Assembly (NCBI RefSeq): GCF_036971445.1
Contig: NC_091482.1
Span: 61,752,001 to 61,816,000 of the forward strand
Length of the DNA stretch: 64,000 nucleotides
Direction: 5' to 3'
Source: Narcine bancroftii
Lineage: Eukaryota
Shown here: positions 36,657-50,230 of the stretch, piece by piece
Position numbering within the stretch: the first letter of the stretch is position 1
Layout of the letters: every line of letters starts with the position of its first letter
Made by a program: the position numbers and the translations under genes
Notes under the pieces: generated by a model
Databases searched by the model: none
Told to the model about the DNA's origin: nothing
Seen by the model: the letters and a program-made list of their open reading frames with translations, nothing else

Positions 36657-37388
36657 AGCAGGAAAGTTAATATTAAAGTTGAATGATTTGATGGGAACGG
36701 CGAGGAGGCTCAAGGCACTCGGTCATTGCTGAGAGCTGTCTATCATTGGAGCTTTATTCATCTCTTGCCCGGATCTGTTGTGAACTCATTAGTCAATGAC
36801 CACTGAGAATGGTGCAAGATGAACCAGACAGGTCCTGTAATTATAGCAACATCCTAAGGCCTTTTCAATATTGGTTAGAAAATTAAACCTTTATCAAATT
36901 AAGATTGTGAATATACTTTTCATAAAGTTTTCCCCTGAATTTTGACGGTAAACATGCATGCTGTACATTACAGGGACCACCATCCTTCAGTACTGACAAC
37001 TCCAAATGATGCACAAAAACCCAGCATCTGGTGTCAGACGCTTCCTTTTCTAAACTTGTAAGATTTTGGAAAATGTCAAAGGGCTCAGTTTATTCTGATA
37101 AACTGTCGAACCAATAAACTTTGAATAATGAGAAAATTCCAAAACTGAGAAGTACCAGCATTAATGTGTAGGGCAGGGAGGGAGCAATTCTTGGTTATTC
37201 TTAAATGCGTCATGAAGTGTTGGGTCATTGACCAGAAGAGGACATTCTAAAAAGACAGACTTGTTCTGAGTGCAAAACTCATCACTTAATCACATAGCAT
37301 CTTTCAAAACAGCATCTGAAAAGTATTAACTAATTTAGTATATATTGCACCATTTCAGAACTCTGTTCAGTTCCCTGAACATCCTTAC

Positions 37389-37497
37389 CAGCAGGGAAAG
37401 TCCCATAGTAGAAGGATTTCCCCTGGTCTTTAGTCCAATCGAAGTCCAGAGACAGGCACAGGGGGACCACCAACAGGAGAATCACAGGCTGCATCAT
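37389..37497 (-). CDS. LCTL: LCTL coding exon 1 (signal peptide)
   Basis: MMQPVILLLVVPLCLSLDFDWTKDQGKSFYYGTFPA; donor G|gtaagg. Confidence 0.92.
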
Positions 37498-40400
37498 CCT
37501 TCAGTTCAACTCACCCCAGCACTCGCCTTTCACCTGTCCACGCACAGACAGGGCATAAGAATCCCACAGAAAATTAAAACAAACAGCAAGAGCACCCTGT
37601 AAAGTGAAGGCTGAGGAGTAAGCTGACAGATCTTTCAGATTCTGAATTAATTTGATAGGTAAATGTGCAGAATATGTGCCCCCATACAAAGGAAAACCAG
37701 ACACTAATGAATCCAGTAGTGGATTCAGGCCAAACTTTCAAATTTCCAGAGTGTGAATATGCAAAGCTTATTCCCTGGGTAATGAGCACACAATGAGGAA
37801 TATTCCCTCAGACTAGATCCTCTAATTAGAAAGCTAGGATCACCACCCCTTCCCCAGACAGAAGCTTCTGGGCCCATTCCATCAATGACCCTGTGTGCAG
37901 ATTTCTGTCAGTGGCTGATGGTAAATGTGCATCACCTTGACCACACTTGCCATTTTCAGACAATACTGTGGTATAATCAGGATTTCATTACTTTTTGATA
38001 TTTTCTTTTCAAAACACATTTCATAACTACTTAGATTTGATGTCATAAAAATAAATGGCAAATTATTAATCTACTCTGACATTAAATATTAAAATTCTCT
38101 TTGCAAAATGCCTCCTGAACTACTGCAGGTTTTGCAAGTTCCAACATTTCACTGTTTATCTGCATTATTGCTTCACCATTGAAATGGATGATAGAATATT
38201 GTTTGTTTAAAGATTTAATTATTTGTTAATCAAGTAGAAAAAAATTCCAGTGTAATTTATCATTGGAGATGTATACATTTCGATTCTAGCTTTAGCGACA
38301 TGAATAACAATCAGAAATGGAAATAGTCTGATTGATGAGCAGAAATTGGAATGGTTCTGGGAGGGAGGAACATCCTCAGAGAATGAGGAGTGGTAGTGCA
38401 TTGGAAATCAAGTAGAGATATATCATTAATGGGAACAATAATTCAGGAAGGCAAATTAAAATTCCCAACAAACAGTGAAATTCCATCTGAATCTGTGTGT
38501 GTTGATTGCACACTTACCTCACCACTGTGAAAAAATATTAAGCAAGTGCTGTTTGCAGAGTTGTGGGAGAATAGTCCTTACCCACTTAGTTGGACCAGAG
38601 TAACAAAGTCTGCATAAATATATTTGGTTAATTACTCTCGCTTGGCAAATGAGATTAAACACCTGAGCTACTATAAATGATCTTACCTGTTAACCTTTCT
38701 TAATTTCTCAGGCTGGAGAGGTGACACCAACACCAAACGTTCGCAGAATAAACCCAGCCTGCAGCTCTACAATCCAAAAAAAATAGAACTTTGGAGAACA
38801 ATCAAGCAAACTACTCGTTAGCTCGAGAGAGAGAATATCCTTTGTAACTCAATGACGCGTTAACAAATTTAGCTGAACTTGACAGATTTCTTTGTAACAT
38901 CTGAGCTTCCCTTGTAAGCAAACTTTCTAAGCTGTATTTGAACCAGCAACCGTTGTGTTTAGTTTTGATGACAATACTTCATAGTGTATGGGTGGTATTC
39001 ATAGGAATAGTTCCGAATGGAAGCAAATACTTGCTATTATATCTGGACTGATAACTGATTGGAAACTGCTGTCCACTGGCAATCACTGAAAAATCAAGTT
39101 TAACCTCTCTTCCAGGCACTTGTGGCTACCACAATACCAGCGACCAGGGTTCGATCCAATGCTATCCGTACTGTCTGCATGGGTTTTGGGGGCTGTTGGT
39201 TAACTGGTCCATTTGGGCAGCATGGGCTTGTGGGCTGGAAGGGCCTGTTACCGTGCTGCCTGTCTAAATTTAATTGAATTGCATGATTTCATCATTAGAT
39301 TAGATCACTCCTTTGAAAAATCCTACATCCAAAAAGACCTATTGCAGCAATCCGAAAGTTCTAATTACAGTACAAAATTCCAGTTGGGTTATTACATTTT
39401 TCAAGCATAAATTCATTACAATTTTTTTTGGCTTTAGCCTTTCAATAGACTTGAAATAATTAAGGCACAGTTTCGGTCACAGGACAAGAGACTACATTTA
39501 AGTTGCTTCAACAGCTGAAAACGTCAGATTGCCCTGTGTCTGAGTGCTGGAATGTGGATGGGAATAAATCATCATGTGACAGTTACATCAACAGCCCTAC
39601 CAACCATCTATAATTTTGCATTGTGGTTCAGAGTTGTACGATTGAATTGGTTTGGATTACCCGTGCGTGGGTCAGTCTCACAAAAATAAGGGTCACCAAA
39701 ATTCTCACAGCTGGATTTGAGCTGTTCTATTTCTGTGTCAGGTTCACAATAAATTTTTGCCATGTTGAAAATTGATGCTCTCATCTTTCTCTTCGAACCT
39801 GAGGGATTTTCCACAGCAAAGCACAAGCCCATTTGGAAATAGATTGGTCCAAGCCCTACTGTGAATTGCTGCCAGTTACAGCAAGCTTGTGACTGATATG
39901 TTGTCTAGACAAAGTTGGGCCCAACATGTTTTGCCAGATTCCCAAGAGCAAATCTGTCACATCATAAATTTCTGCTCTACACAGTGTCAATCGGCACATT
40001 CAAATGGAGCTTTACAACTACAAAGAATTGGAGGGATAGGTTATATTAGATACTATTTATTGTCATGTAATAAAACAGAAATGTATTACACAGAATTGCC
40101 TTTAGTCTGCTATAAGGCAGACAAATATTTGCCATTACATTAGCATTCCCCAGCACCCCTTACAGTCAGAGAAAGAGGCAAAAGGGAGCCCCCCCAGTCA
40201 TTGAGTGTCTGTGGATTTGCCTCCAGTGCTCCCATAACCTCTGCAGCCACACAAGACTTGGTTTAAGTCATTGGCCCAAATATTTGTGACAATGAAGAAA
40301 CCTTCAGTGCCCAGGGCCCTTTGGGAGCATCCTCTTGGATCCCAGCTTCCATGAGCCAGCCTACAGCAGCCCACAGCATGGCAGGTCCCTTGACCTTAAG

Positions 40401-41744
40401 GTGCCAGCAACCTGTATGGGTACCTCACCTGCAAGTCGCCAAAAGCTTACCACTTATGTATATTCTTCAGCTGCAGAGCCCACCACTAATCTGCCACTGC
40501 AATTACCATCTTCAGGGTCATCTCCCCTGCTTCTCTTTCTCAACAGTCTGCTGCTCCCCTGGAATCTGCAATATTTGTTGCCATTCTGACCTACCTGTGT
40601 AACCAGCTTACGTTCCACGGGTTCCCATTGACACACATTTTGTTTGTAGTACTTTTCTGGACTAATTGTGTACAAAATCCAGCAGATATCTTCAAGCCTA
40701 GTCAGCAGTCCACTTATGAGACGTTGGCGAGGTTTTTTCCTGCTGTGCGAAGCAAGGGGAACACCTTGAAAATGCACGCTAACATCCCCTTTAAGGAATG
40801 GCTCCAATTTTGGTATTTTCAGGACCTCTGGAGTTTTCTCATTGCATTAGTTTAAAAGAACCTGTGTGAAGCTCCTGGAACTTGATTCTATAAGTTTCAA
40901 TAATACTGTTTGGTTCTGCAGTATACTGTATACTGTTTAGTTCTCTGGGATGCAGTGAAAGGTAGTTAAAAGAGCTGCTTGATTGTATTGATGGTTTATC
41001 TGTCAATTATTAACGGAAAGGATGTACTGATAAATCTGACTGGATTTTTGAAATCCATTACTGTTGTAAAGTTTATACGAACAAAACATTTGAATGCCAC
41101 ACTCTTAAGAAAAATCTCCCACCACTAATAGAAACATAGAAAATAGGTGTAGGAGGAGGCCATTTGGCCCTTCAAGCCTACACCACCATTCATTTTGATC
41201 ATGGCTGATCATCCACTCAGTACCCTGTTCCCCCCTTGTCACAAGTACTAAATCTCTCTTAAATATAGCTATGGAACCGGCCTCAATCACTTCCTGTGGC
41301 AGAGAATTCCATAAGTTCACCACCCTCTGAGTGAAAAAATTCTTCCTCATCTCAGTCCTAACCAAATCAATACCATTTCATACCTTGGATCTAAATAGAA
41401 ATGTTCTCTCTTTAGAAGAGTCGCAAACTCTTTCAGAAGAGGGATCTCCAATTCTAACTCTCTGTCTCAATTTCATTTCCTCTGCCAGAGATTCTGCAAG
41501 TGCCCGTGAAATGAGCTCAGGCAGTCTGACAGGGTGACCAGACTGCAAATGCAGGCTGATCCAAATTGATTGCAAAACAGTAATCAAAACCCAAAATCAC
41601 AAAATATTGGGAACTTACAAGTTACACAGCATGTGGGAAAGAGTTACATTTTTAGGTCTTCGCGTGGTTCATTAAAACAGTGGATATAGAAGTGATGCTG
41701 TGATCAATTTATTCCTTCCCTGATCGATGTGATCTATTGTTGAT

Positions 41745-42082
41745 CGTCATCATCGAGGAATCCTTCCACCCCACACACAGCATTTTTCAGCTGTTCCCAT
41801 CAGGAAAGAGATTCAGGAGGATCAAAGCCAGCACCACCAGGTTGAGGAACAGCTTCTTCTCACGAGCTGTGAGAATGCTGAACGTCCAAAGAAACTGTTC
41901 AGGTTAACCATCTATAGCTCTCATATTCACAAAACAATACTTATGTTTATTTAAATATATAAATACTTGTCCTGTATGAGTGTTATGTCTGGTCGTGTGT
42001 CTGTGTGTTTTACACAGAGGATCAGTGAACACTGTTTCATCGGGTTGTATTTGTGCAATCAGATGACAATAAACTTGATTTA
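41745..42082 (+). mobile_element. Rex1/Babar-type LINE 3' fragment
   Basis: Same 3' end as 10250-10560 and, inverted, 4545-4930; GACAATAAACTTGATT tail. Confidence 0.7.
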
Positions 42083-44523
42083 ACTTCCATTTTACACCCA
42101 ATCACAGATGGCACCCATTCGGTTTTCTCCTCCTTTCTCAGCATCTTACATTAAAGATCAAACAAATGTTAAATGTTGTCAACTTTGTTCCTCTCTCCAT
42201 AGCTTCTGCCGAATTTCTACAAATTGGTTTTTATTTTTGACTACTTGAATTATTTTTTTTCTAGCCCAAGTACATCAGTCTGTCATAGTGAAGCAAGTGT
42301 TATAAAACTGCAGTCACTTCACAATGATTGGAGCAAAACATTGGGTGACCATCCTGACCCATTCTGGTCACCTGCAATCCCCTCAGGTGGGATCGATTCA
42401 GAGAATGGGAATCAAATCGAAAGTGGCCCTTGAATCCAAAGGACAAGTCATTTAACAAGAGTAAAGACAATGCCTCCAATCAATTACTCTCTTTTGGGAT
42501 GGTGATGGCTTTCACACTGAACACATTGCTTCTATCTCTGTGACATTATATTTGCATGTTTAAGCTAACAAGCCTGGGTAATGCATCAAGGTACAATTAC
42601 ACTGATGGAAATGACTGTGTGGCATCCACGTGTCACAAAAGCTCATAACAGTTCACAATATTTTAATAGCTATGATTGATGATCTGCAATAATCAGGACC
42701 ATTTTCACAAACACCAGCACATTTATTAAAACAAGAAACAAGAAACCATGAAACAACTTAACTTACGAATGATGTCACACTCACTCTCTCTCCATAACCT
42801 CCCTCACTCGAGGGTGTTCAAAGCTTTGCCTGCTTAATCCTTGATGCTGGAGTGAACAGCTTGGTTTTTCCAACCCCAAAGAGGTCACAAAATACATTCA
42901 ACAGCAGTCTGTGATTTAAACAAGTCCAGTATTTTTGCATGATTCCTTTGTGCCATTCCTCTTTACTCCATTCCTTTTCTAGTTCTGGATACTGAAGGAC
43001 ATTCCCACCTACCTCTTTTTATGCTCCCCATCTGTCATGTTTCAGACTAATCAGTCAGTTTTAAATCAAACCCAAGTGGAAAGCAAAGGAGCACAGAGTT
43101 AATTCTAAATGGAAAGGCCTTCACTAGCCAGGTCACTGGGCTCTTTAGAATGCACACTATTCAATTCTAGATGTTAATTCTTACAATTAATAAAAAATGA
43201 TTTTCATAGTTTTAAATACCAACCAAATCATCAAGGTCTCATAACAAGAGTCCAAACTTGCTTACTGCTTCCTTTTGTATAAACATGTCAATTTTGGTGT
43301 CATTAACATTAAATACCTACATGCTTAAGTTTACCATGGGGTCCGTGTTTACCTACATTTTTAACCAAAACTGTTTTCATAAACTGAAATTACAGTTCCC
43401 TGCCTGTGGAGTTCCTGCACCAGTATCAATGCCAGTATTGTGGCGACATGTTTACACAAGAATTTGTAATAAGATTGGAAACAAGAATTTATCATTTGAA
43501 AATAGTACCCAAAATACATTTGCACTCCCCTCCCCCCAAACCAATGGCCCAATAACACTTTACCCTCTGAACTGACTTGATAAAGAACTTGAGTGTGTAG
43601 CCAGAGGATTGCCATTAGTTCACATGCTTCTCAGGAAAAAAAAACAATGACATGGAAAAACGGAGGGCATGATTGGAGCTTGCAGAGAGGTGAGGCTCCA
43701 AATGAAAACTCATGAAAGAACTGCAAGGTGTTGTTGTACACCACACTAAATGCAAGAGCAATCTTGGATGGTCCCAAGCACTTTACTGGGAGGGGGAAGA
43801 CAGTTAAAGATGGTCGAGAGGTTGACTGAAAAAAACACTGGCTAACATCTAGAATAAAAGTGCAAAAAACCACTCAACATCAAGACAAAATTCATGAAAG
43901 GATCTCACTCCTTGGGAGAATAGCAACTTGACCTGATTCTTGGAAACCACTTTTAGGAGTGGAACATTATTTCAGAGGGCACCTTTGTGGAGGTCAATAG
44001 TATTTCAGTACTTTTTTTTTTTCTCCACAGGCTTTTTATTTATAAACTACTGCAATAGTGGTTAGGCACGATTGGAGATCCTAAAGTGATGCACAGAATC
44101 AATACAAGATCTTGAGGCCAAGGACAGACACTGCATTCTACGAAAATAATCCAGATATCCAGCTGAGTTTGTGGCTTATTGTTCCAAAACCTCAGCACCA
44201 ACATTCCAGAAAAATTCAGAATTGTGAAATTCCATATCTCATTTCTTGTTTCCACACTTCTGATTTCATTTTCTCAACTCCCAAGGATCTCCGTTTTTTC
44301 TCCCAACAACACCTTTATTCTGCATGAAGGTCATTCCCATCCCCACTGGAGCTTTCTTTTCTCAGTTTCGATCAATGAAATGCAGCATGAAGACAAACCT
44401 CTCAAGTTTCAAATTCCATGCAAAGTTTCAAAGGTTGATGTCTGTCCTGCCCCATTGAATTGAGCCGTCCACTTGAAAAAAAAAATTGGTTCTCTTTTGC
44501 AGTCTTGGCACAAAATGATCCAT

Positions 44524-44537
44524 TTAACTATATTCTT

Positions 44538-44568
<31 letters not shown>

Positions 44569-44643
44569 CTGTCTCACACGAGTAACAAACTGGGAAGTGC
44601 CCAACTGAAGTGTGGTTTGATTGATGGTACGTTCATTGTCTAC
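44524..44643 (-). CDS. SNAPC5: SNAPC5 last coding exon (acidic poly-Glu tail)
   Basis: atgcag|GTA GAC AAT GAA; VDNERTINQTTLQLGTSQFVTRVRQDEEEEEEEEEEEYS*. Confidence 0.92.
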
Positions 44644-46038
44644 CTGCATCAAAGGAAACATTCAGCAATGGAAATTGATAATTGTCCAATAGACAGAAAG
44701 CTATGACGAATGTTAAAGTATGGTTGCACCTCAATGACAAGATGAAACAACTATTCTGTAAAGCATCCATTGAATGATACGCTTTGCTTTCTGTCCCCTT
44801 TTCCAATTATTGAGTTCAAAACTGATCGAGGAGATGGGTCTTGGGGACGGGGGCTCAAATAATAAAAGTATGTAGGCTTAAGCAAAGCCGAGAGAACTTT
44901 CGTTTCTATGAAGTACAGCACTGAACTGAGAATCTAGATCACATACAGGTGACCCTGCATTATTGGGGGTGGGAGCGGGGGGAAGAATGGCCCAAATCAT
45001 AATTCACCACAGAATGAAGCGCCATCTGCACACACGTCAAAATTGAAAATATATTTACTTCCCCCCCCCCCCCCCCACCACAAATGTCATGAATGATGAG
45101 TGAAATTATTCTGCATCTGAACTGAGAGATTTCTGGTTACCCACTGGCCATAATGGGGGTCACCAGTATTTGAACATAGGTGTCATTCACATTCATTGTT
45201 TATGTCTATCTAAGTGATGGTCAGCTGCCTTCTTGAAATGCTACAGTCTGGAAGGGGTAAAGGCTTTGGGTACGGAGTTCCAAGCGTTCGACCCAGTAAC
45301 AGTGCAAGACTGGTGAAAAATATCCACATTGGGATGGTTTTCAACATAGATGATGTTCCCATGCCCACTGCACTTGTCCTTGGTGACAGCCTTACAGATT
45401 TGGGAAAGACTACGCCATAGATGCTCTGCGATTACTTAAGGTGGTATGAGTGGGGGATAAAGGTTGAGTACCACTGATTTAATGTGTGCCGTTGAATACA
45501 CATTATTCAATTAAATACACATTAAATGGTATGATGCTCTAGGTGGTGAAAATCGAATGGTTGGTCTTATCTTGGTCAGAGTAAAGTTTCTGAGTGCTTT
45601 TTGAATTGCACTTATCCAGGTAAGTGAACAGTACCGGTACCTTGTCACACCCTGAATTTGTACCCTACAGATGGAAAGACTCGAGTGTCATGAGGCGATT
45701 CAAATGACAGCGTAGGGCAGAATCCAAGAGGAAAAATTAGAAGGACACACAAAGCAACAACTGGAGAATCAGAATAGAACTGGAAGGAAACAGGTCCACA
45801 ATGATGTATTCAAAGATCAATTTCTTTAACATTACTACCCTGTTCTAGGTTCCAGCAATATTTTCTCCAAAAGTGGAACAGAATAAAGAAATGAAGGGCC
45901 GAATCAAGAAAATCACATCAAGCACCAGACAGCACAAGTAAAAGAGCCACAACCAAAACAAGATTACATGCAATCACAGTTATTGCCCAACACAGCAAAT
46001 TTTAATCAAATATTTACAACATAAAGCACACCACTCAC

Positions 46039-46131
46039 CTCCACAGATTCAGGGACCTGACCAGCCTCGCCATTGCCAACGGGGTCACCTTCTTTGGTCA
46101 TGATCATGGATCGCAAGGCCAACTCTTCTAC
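46039..46131 (-). CDS. SNAPC5: SNAPC5 second coding exon
   Basis: ttacag|GTA GAA GAG TTG GCC TTG; VEELALRSMIMTKEGDPVGNGEAGQVPESVE; donor GAG|gtgagt. Confidence 0.94.
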
Positions 46132-46531
46132 CTGTAATCACAACACACCCACAATATCAAAGACACATCACAACAACCTGCGGATATCCACATTAACAAT
46201 GACTTGCATTCACACTACGTTTTAAATACACTAGTCATCCCAAGTGTCATCAATGATAACCATCTTGTATATGAAGGGGACATAGAGACTGAGAGCTATT
46301 TAGAAACTGCCATAATTCAACATGACCTGCAAGGCTATGGATCAAGTGCTGGAATACATTTAGTTTGGGTTGTTCTTTTTTGAATGACAGGAAAATGGGC
46401 TCAATGGCCATAAACTCTTATTAAATATAATCAAGGATGTGATGCTTGTTTTTTTTCCTCTTTACATGTTGTTGTTGGGGTTTGTGAACTTCATCCAACC
46501 TGGAAAGGGAGTTCCTCGTTTGTGTGTTTAC

Positions 46532-46621
46532 CTTGAGTCGGTTTAATTGATCTTGTAACGTGGTTTTGATTTTCAGTAGAGCTTCCTCTTCCTTTTTCAG
46601 CTCCTGCAGCCGACTCAACAT
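46532..46621 (-). CDS. SNAPC5: SNAPC5 first coding exon
   Basis: ATG at 46621, in-frame upstream TGA at 46646-46648; MLSRLQELKKEEEALLKIKTTLQDQLNRLK; donor AAG|gtaaac. Confidence 0.95.
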
Positions 46622-47769
46622 TCTAAGCCCCACGAGTTTTACAGCTCAGAAGGAGGATGTACGACTCACTCAACGATCACTGCTCCCTTCCGAAAGGGTG
46701 CACTCCTACCAAGAACAGCAGTGCACAGGAGGATCAGGAATAGCAGCTTCGGTCAGGTACGCTGCTAATTTAAATCAAAAAAGCAACATGACGTGAAACA
46801 ATTTCCACAATTCAGTCAATACCTGAAAGAGAAAGATTGCTCAGTAGTCACAGCCAACATTTTAGTTAATCTTCACTGATTTGAGAGAATCCCGATCCAT
46901 GAAGATGAAAATTGATAAACAGTATCTGGAATGGGCACTGAGAACTTTGAGTACCTTTGTCAAAAGTCTGGCATAAATGGCTGGAGTCCACCAGTGTAAA
47001 CTGATCACCCCATCTGTGGCTGCATTTGCAGATCCCACACCAGCCTCTTCAGTAAACAAAGAACTAGAATGGAAGCAATGCCCTTAGGTGTCCAGTAAAG
47101 AAGAATTAAAGCTGTACACTACAGATGTTTAGAAACTTACAATCTAATGGAGATTTTTAAAATTATTTGAAATAGAGGATGCAGAGAAATTACAGGGAAA
47201 TCTATGAGAATATCTGAAAGCTTTGAGAGCCAAGACATTCACCAGTGAAATTATGATTATTGAAAACATTGGGAGAATAGGTCAGGTTAGGATCAGTGTT
47301 CTTTAAAAAAAGGGTGGTTAACAGTGAACATAAACTTGATAGGTCAGAGCTAGATTCTATGCTATGACAGGAGAATACGGTGCAAAAGGTTGAATAAATA
47401 TGGAAACAATTCATAAAAATAGCTTGGCAATACTGTATTTTCTAAAAACAATGATTAGCTTTCTCATAGATCAAATTTGGACATTACTGCATTTGCTGCC
47501 CTTAAAGTTGTGGTAAATCAACTTCAACTGCTCTTTCTGAGGGTATTTAAAGGTTGACCCAAGAATGTCAAACACATTTGATAAGGACAGCATATTTCCT
47601 GATGAATCAGATTTCTTGAGTTTTTACAACCCGATCTTTGTGACTCAAGCCAAGCTCCTGATTTTCCAAATTATTGGTATTAAGATTCAACATATGACAT
47701 GGTGGGATAGGAAAACATAAGAGACCGCAGATGCTGAAATCTGGAGGAAAAAATAAACTGGTGAGAGAT

Positions 47770-48590
47770 CTCAATGGGATGATTTTCTAACTGGAGACTG
47801 TGACCACACCTTGATGCTCAGTCCATTGTTGTTTGGTATCTCAATTAACCATTTGGAAATGTTTCCAAAATGAGAGGTGTAACAGGCAGTGATGCAACAG
47901 GATCTAGGTCAGTTGGAAATGTGAGCTAAGGAGTGTCAAATGGAATTTAATTCTGACAAGCATGAGGTGCTATACTTTGTGAAGTCAAACCAGGCCAGGA
48001 CTTAAATGGCTTTGGATAGTGGCATAGAACAGAGAGATGAGAGGGGCAGACTCAGGTGATGGGGTGGTGAAAGAGACATGCTTACCTTCTTTAGGAATAA
48101 GAGTTTAAAATTTTGAATCCTCATAATATATCTGTACAATGTAAAGCCACAATTGGTTGTACTATCTGCCGTTCTAGTTGCCCAGTATAGGAAGAATAGC
48201 TAAAAGTTTGAAGGGATTCAGAGGAGATTCACCAGGACATTGCTGGGACTGGGAGGCTTGAGCTTATAGGGAGAGGTTGGATAGGCTGAGTTTTGATTGC
48301 CAAGAGGTATAGAAGGTTGAAGAATGACCTGAAAGATTCAGAAAATCATGAGGCCATGATTACCATCTCATTCTCAGGGTAGATGGTTCTAGAACTAGAA
48401 CAATAAGGGAGGATACTTTTTCATTCACAGTTCTTATTTAGAATGAGCTGCCAGAGGAACCTATAGAACTGGGTCCAATGACAGCATTTATGGATAGGAA
48501 GAGTGTGAACCAAATGCATGCAAATAGGACTAGCCCAGAATGCCAACTTGATGAGCATGGACAAGTTGAGCCAAAGGGCCTGTTCTATGG
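47770..48590 (+). mobile_element. Decayed CR1-type LINE
   Basis: ATGGAATTTAATTCTGACAAGCATGAGGTGCT and CAGAGGAGATTCACCAGGACATTGCTGGGACTGG motifs shared with 1585-2255. Confidence 0.65.
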
Positions 48591-49384
48591 GATAGGAACA
48601 CAATTCTCCAGACTATCAGTCCAAACCTAGCAAACATTGAGAAACAGGAGGTATTCTGCAGATCAAGAAGCATCCATAGAGAGAAATAGACAGTCAGTTT
48701 TGGTTCGCAACACAAGTGGCACGGGGCAGCCCTCCAGCCAGTCAAGACTGCTCCACATTCAGTAACATCATGGCTGATCTGACCGTGAACTCAGCTCCAT
48801 TTATCTGTTTCCGACAACTCAATTTATTTATTATTAAAAAACCTATTTGAAATGCATTCAATGAGGCAGTTTCTGCCAGTGGAAAAAATACCTTTCTGCT
48901 TCTATCTTATCTATTACAGTCATAATTGACTCAATAAAATCCCTGTCATCCTTCTAAATTCCAGTGAGTATGGTCTCATGCTACTCCAAACTCTCATAAA
49001 ATAATCCTATCATTTCCAGAATCAATCTGGTGAACCACCTCTGCATCACCCCCAAAGGAAGGACATCCTTTCTCAAGGAGATGAGAACTGTACACAGTAC
49101 TCCTGGTGTGGCCTCGCCAGGACATTCTACTCTTGCAGCAGAATCTCCCTGCTCTTATGTTTAATCCCTTTTAGCAAAGATGGCCAACCCATTTACCTTC
49201 TTGATTACACCTCAACTAACATTTTGCAAGCCGGCATAATCAAAGCAAATCTAAGTGTACAGTGAAGATATTTGGCGTGTAATTGAATTCTTCCACTGAG
49301 GAAAAGATGCTGACTGATCACATCATGGTCTGGTGTGGCAACTCAAGTGCCAAGGCACACAGAAGGCTACAGAGCACTTCACTG

Positions 49385-49845
49385 GTAAATCTAACAAGTG
49401 AAGCTTCAAGTGAACCTGTAGGGGTAATGTACTCCTGACACAGCCTCTCCATCTGAAAAGAGCGGCCACATACTGAGAGATCATTTCATTGAGCACCTTC
49501 ACTCTACCCACTGCAATCACAAGGACCAACCATTTCAATTCCACACAATGCCTCCACACAGTCATGTCTGCTTATGGTCTCAGGAATTGCCAATTGTAAA
49601 TTGGAGGAACAACACCTTACATTTCATCTGGACACTCTGACCTTTATCCCTCCAGCTCCCCATGACCAGTTTCTTTCTCTTCTACTGTCCCACCTCTGAC
49701 CAATTGGCCCGTACTCTCCCTCCACCCCACCTTTTTGCTCAGGTGCCTGCCCATTTCCGCTCCTACCTGACGAAGGGCCCAATCCAAAACGCTGGTGACC
49801 CTTCATACCCTGTGGATGCTGCGTGACCAGCTGAGTTTCTGCAGC
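49385..49845 (+). mobile_element. Penelope-like element 3' fragment abutting the CpG island
   Basis: Degenerate GIY-YIG C-terminus (GATCATTTCATTGAGCAC; AAATTGGAGGAACAACACCTTACATTTCATCTGG) and CCTGACGAAGGGCCC...GATGCTGCGTGACCAGCTGAGTTTCTGCAGCA tail. Confidence 0.65.
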
Positions 49846-50230
49846 ACGCCGGCAGCCCGGCCACTTGCAAGTCTCCAGCCGCACAGCCCAAGGACCTTCA
49901 AGGCTCCGAGCCCCGTCCGTCAGCGACCCCTCCCCGCCATCGGCGGCGCACCGGCACGCCATCCAGCCCCGTCCGTCACTTCCGGGAGCCCGCGCATGCG
50001 CGCTCGTGCCCGCTCCGTCCCCCTGGCAACCGCGTCGCCGGCCACCGATGCCCACTGCAGCCCAGCTCCCGTGACCGCGCGGCCGAGTCGGGATTCAAGC
50101 GACAGAAAGATCCCCCGCCGCTGATGTAAGTTACACGTTCACACCAGTCGATCCGAACTAGGGGCCCCGGGGGGTGGTGGGGGGGGGGGGGGGTGGCCAT
50201 TCGGCCCGTTAATGGCCTCCCGTCTGGAGG
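49845..50230. promoter_or_regulatory. CpG-island promoter, probably driving SNAPC5 and possibly bidirectional
   Basis: Sharp GC/CpG-rich segment in AT-rich DNA. ETS/GABP motif CACTTCCGG (49977-49985), NRF1 palindrome CGCGCATGCGCG (49991-50002), RFX-like CCCTGGCAAC (50021-50030), YY1-like CGCCATC twice. Confidence 0.75.

Larger units (their letters stand above)
44524..46621 (-). other. SNAPC5: SNAPC5 (snRNA-activating protein complex subunit 5 / SNAP19); 3 coding exons, 100 aa
   Basis: Exons of 90+93+120 nt give MLSRLQELKKEEEALLKIKTTLQDQLNRLK-VEELALRSMI...-VDNERTINQTTLQL...D(E)11YS*. Confidence 0.95.
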
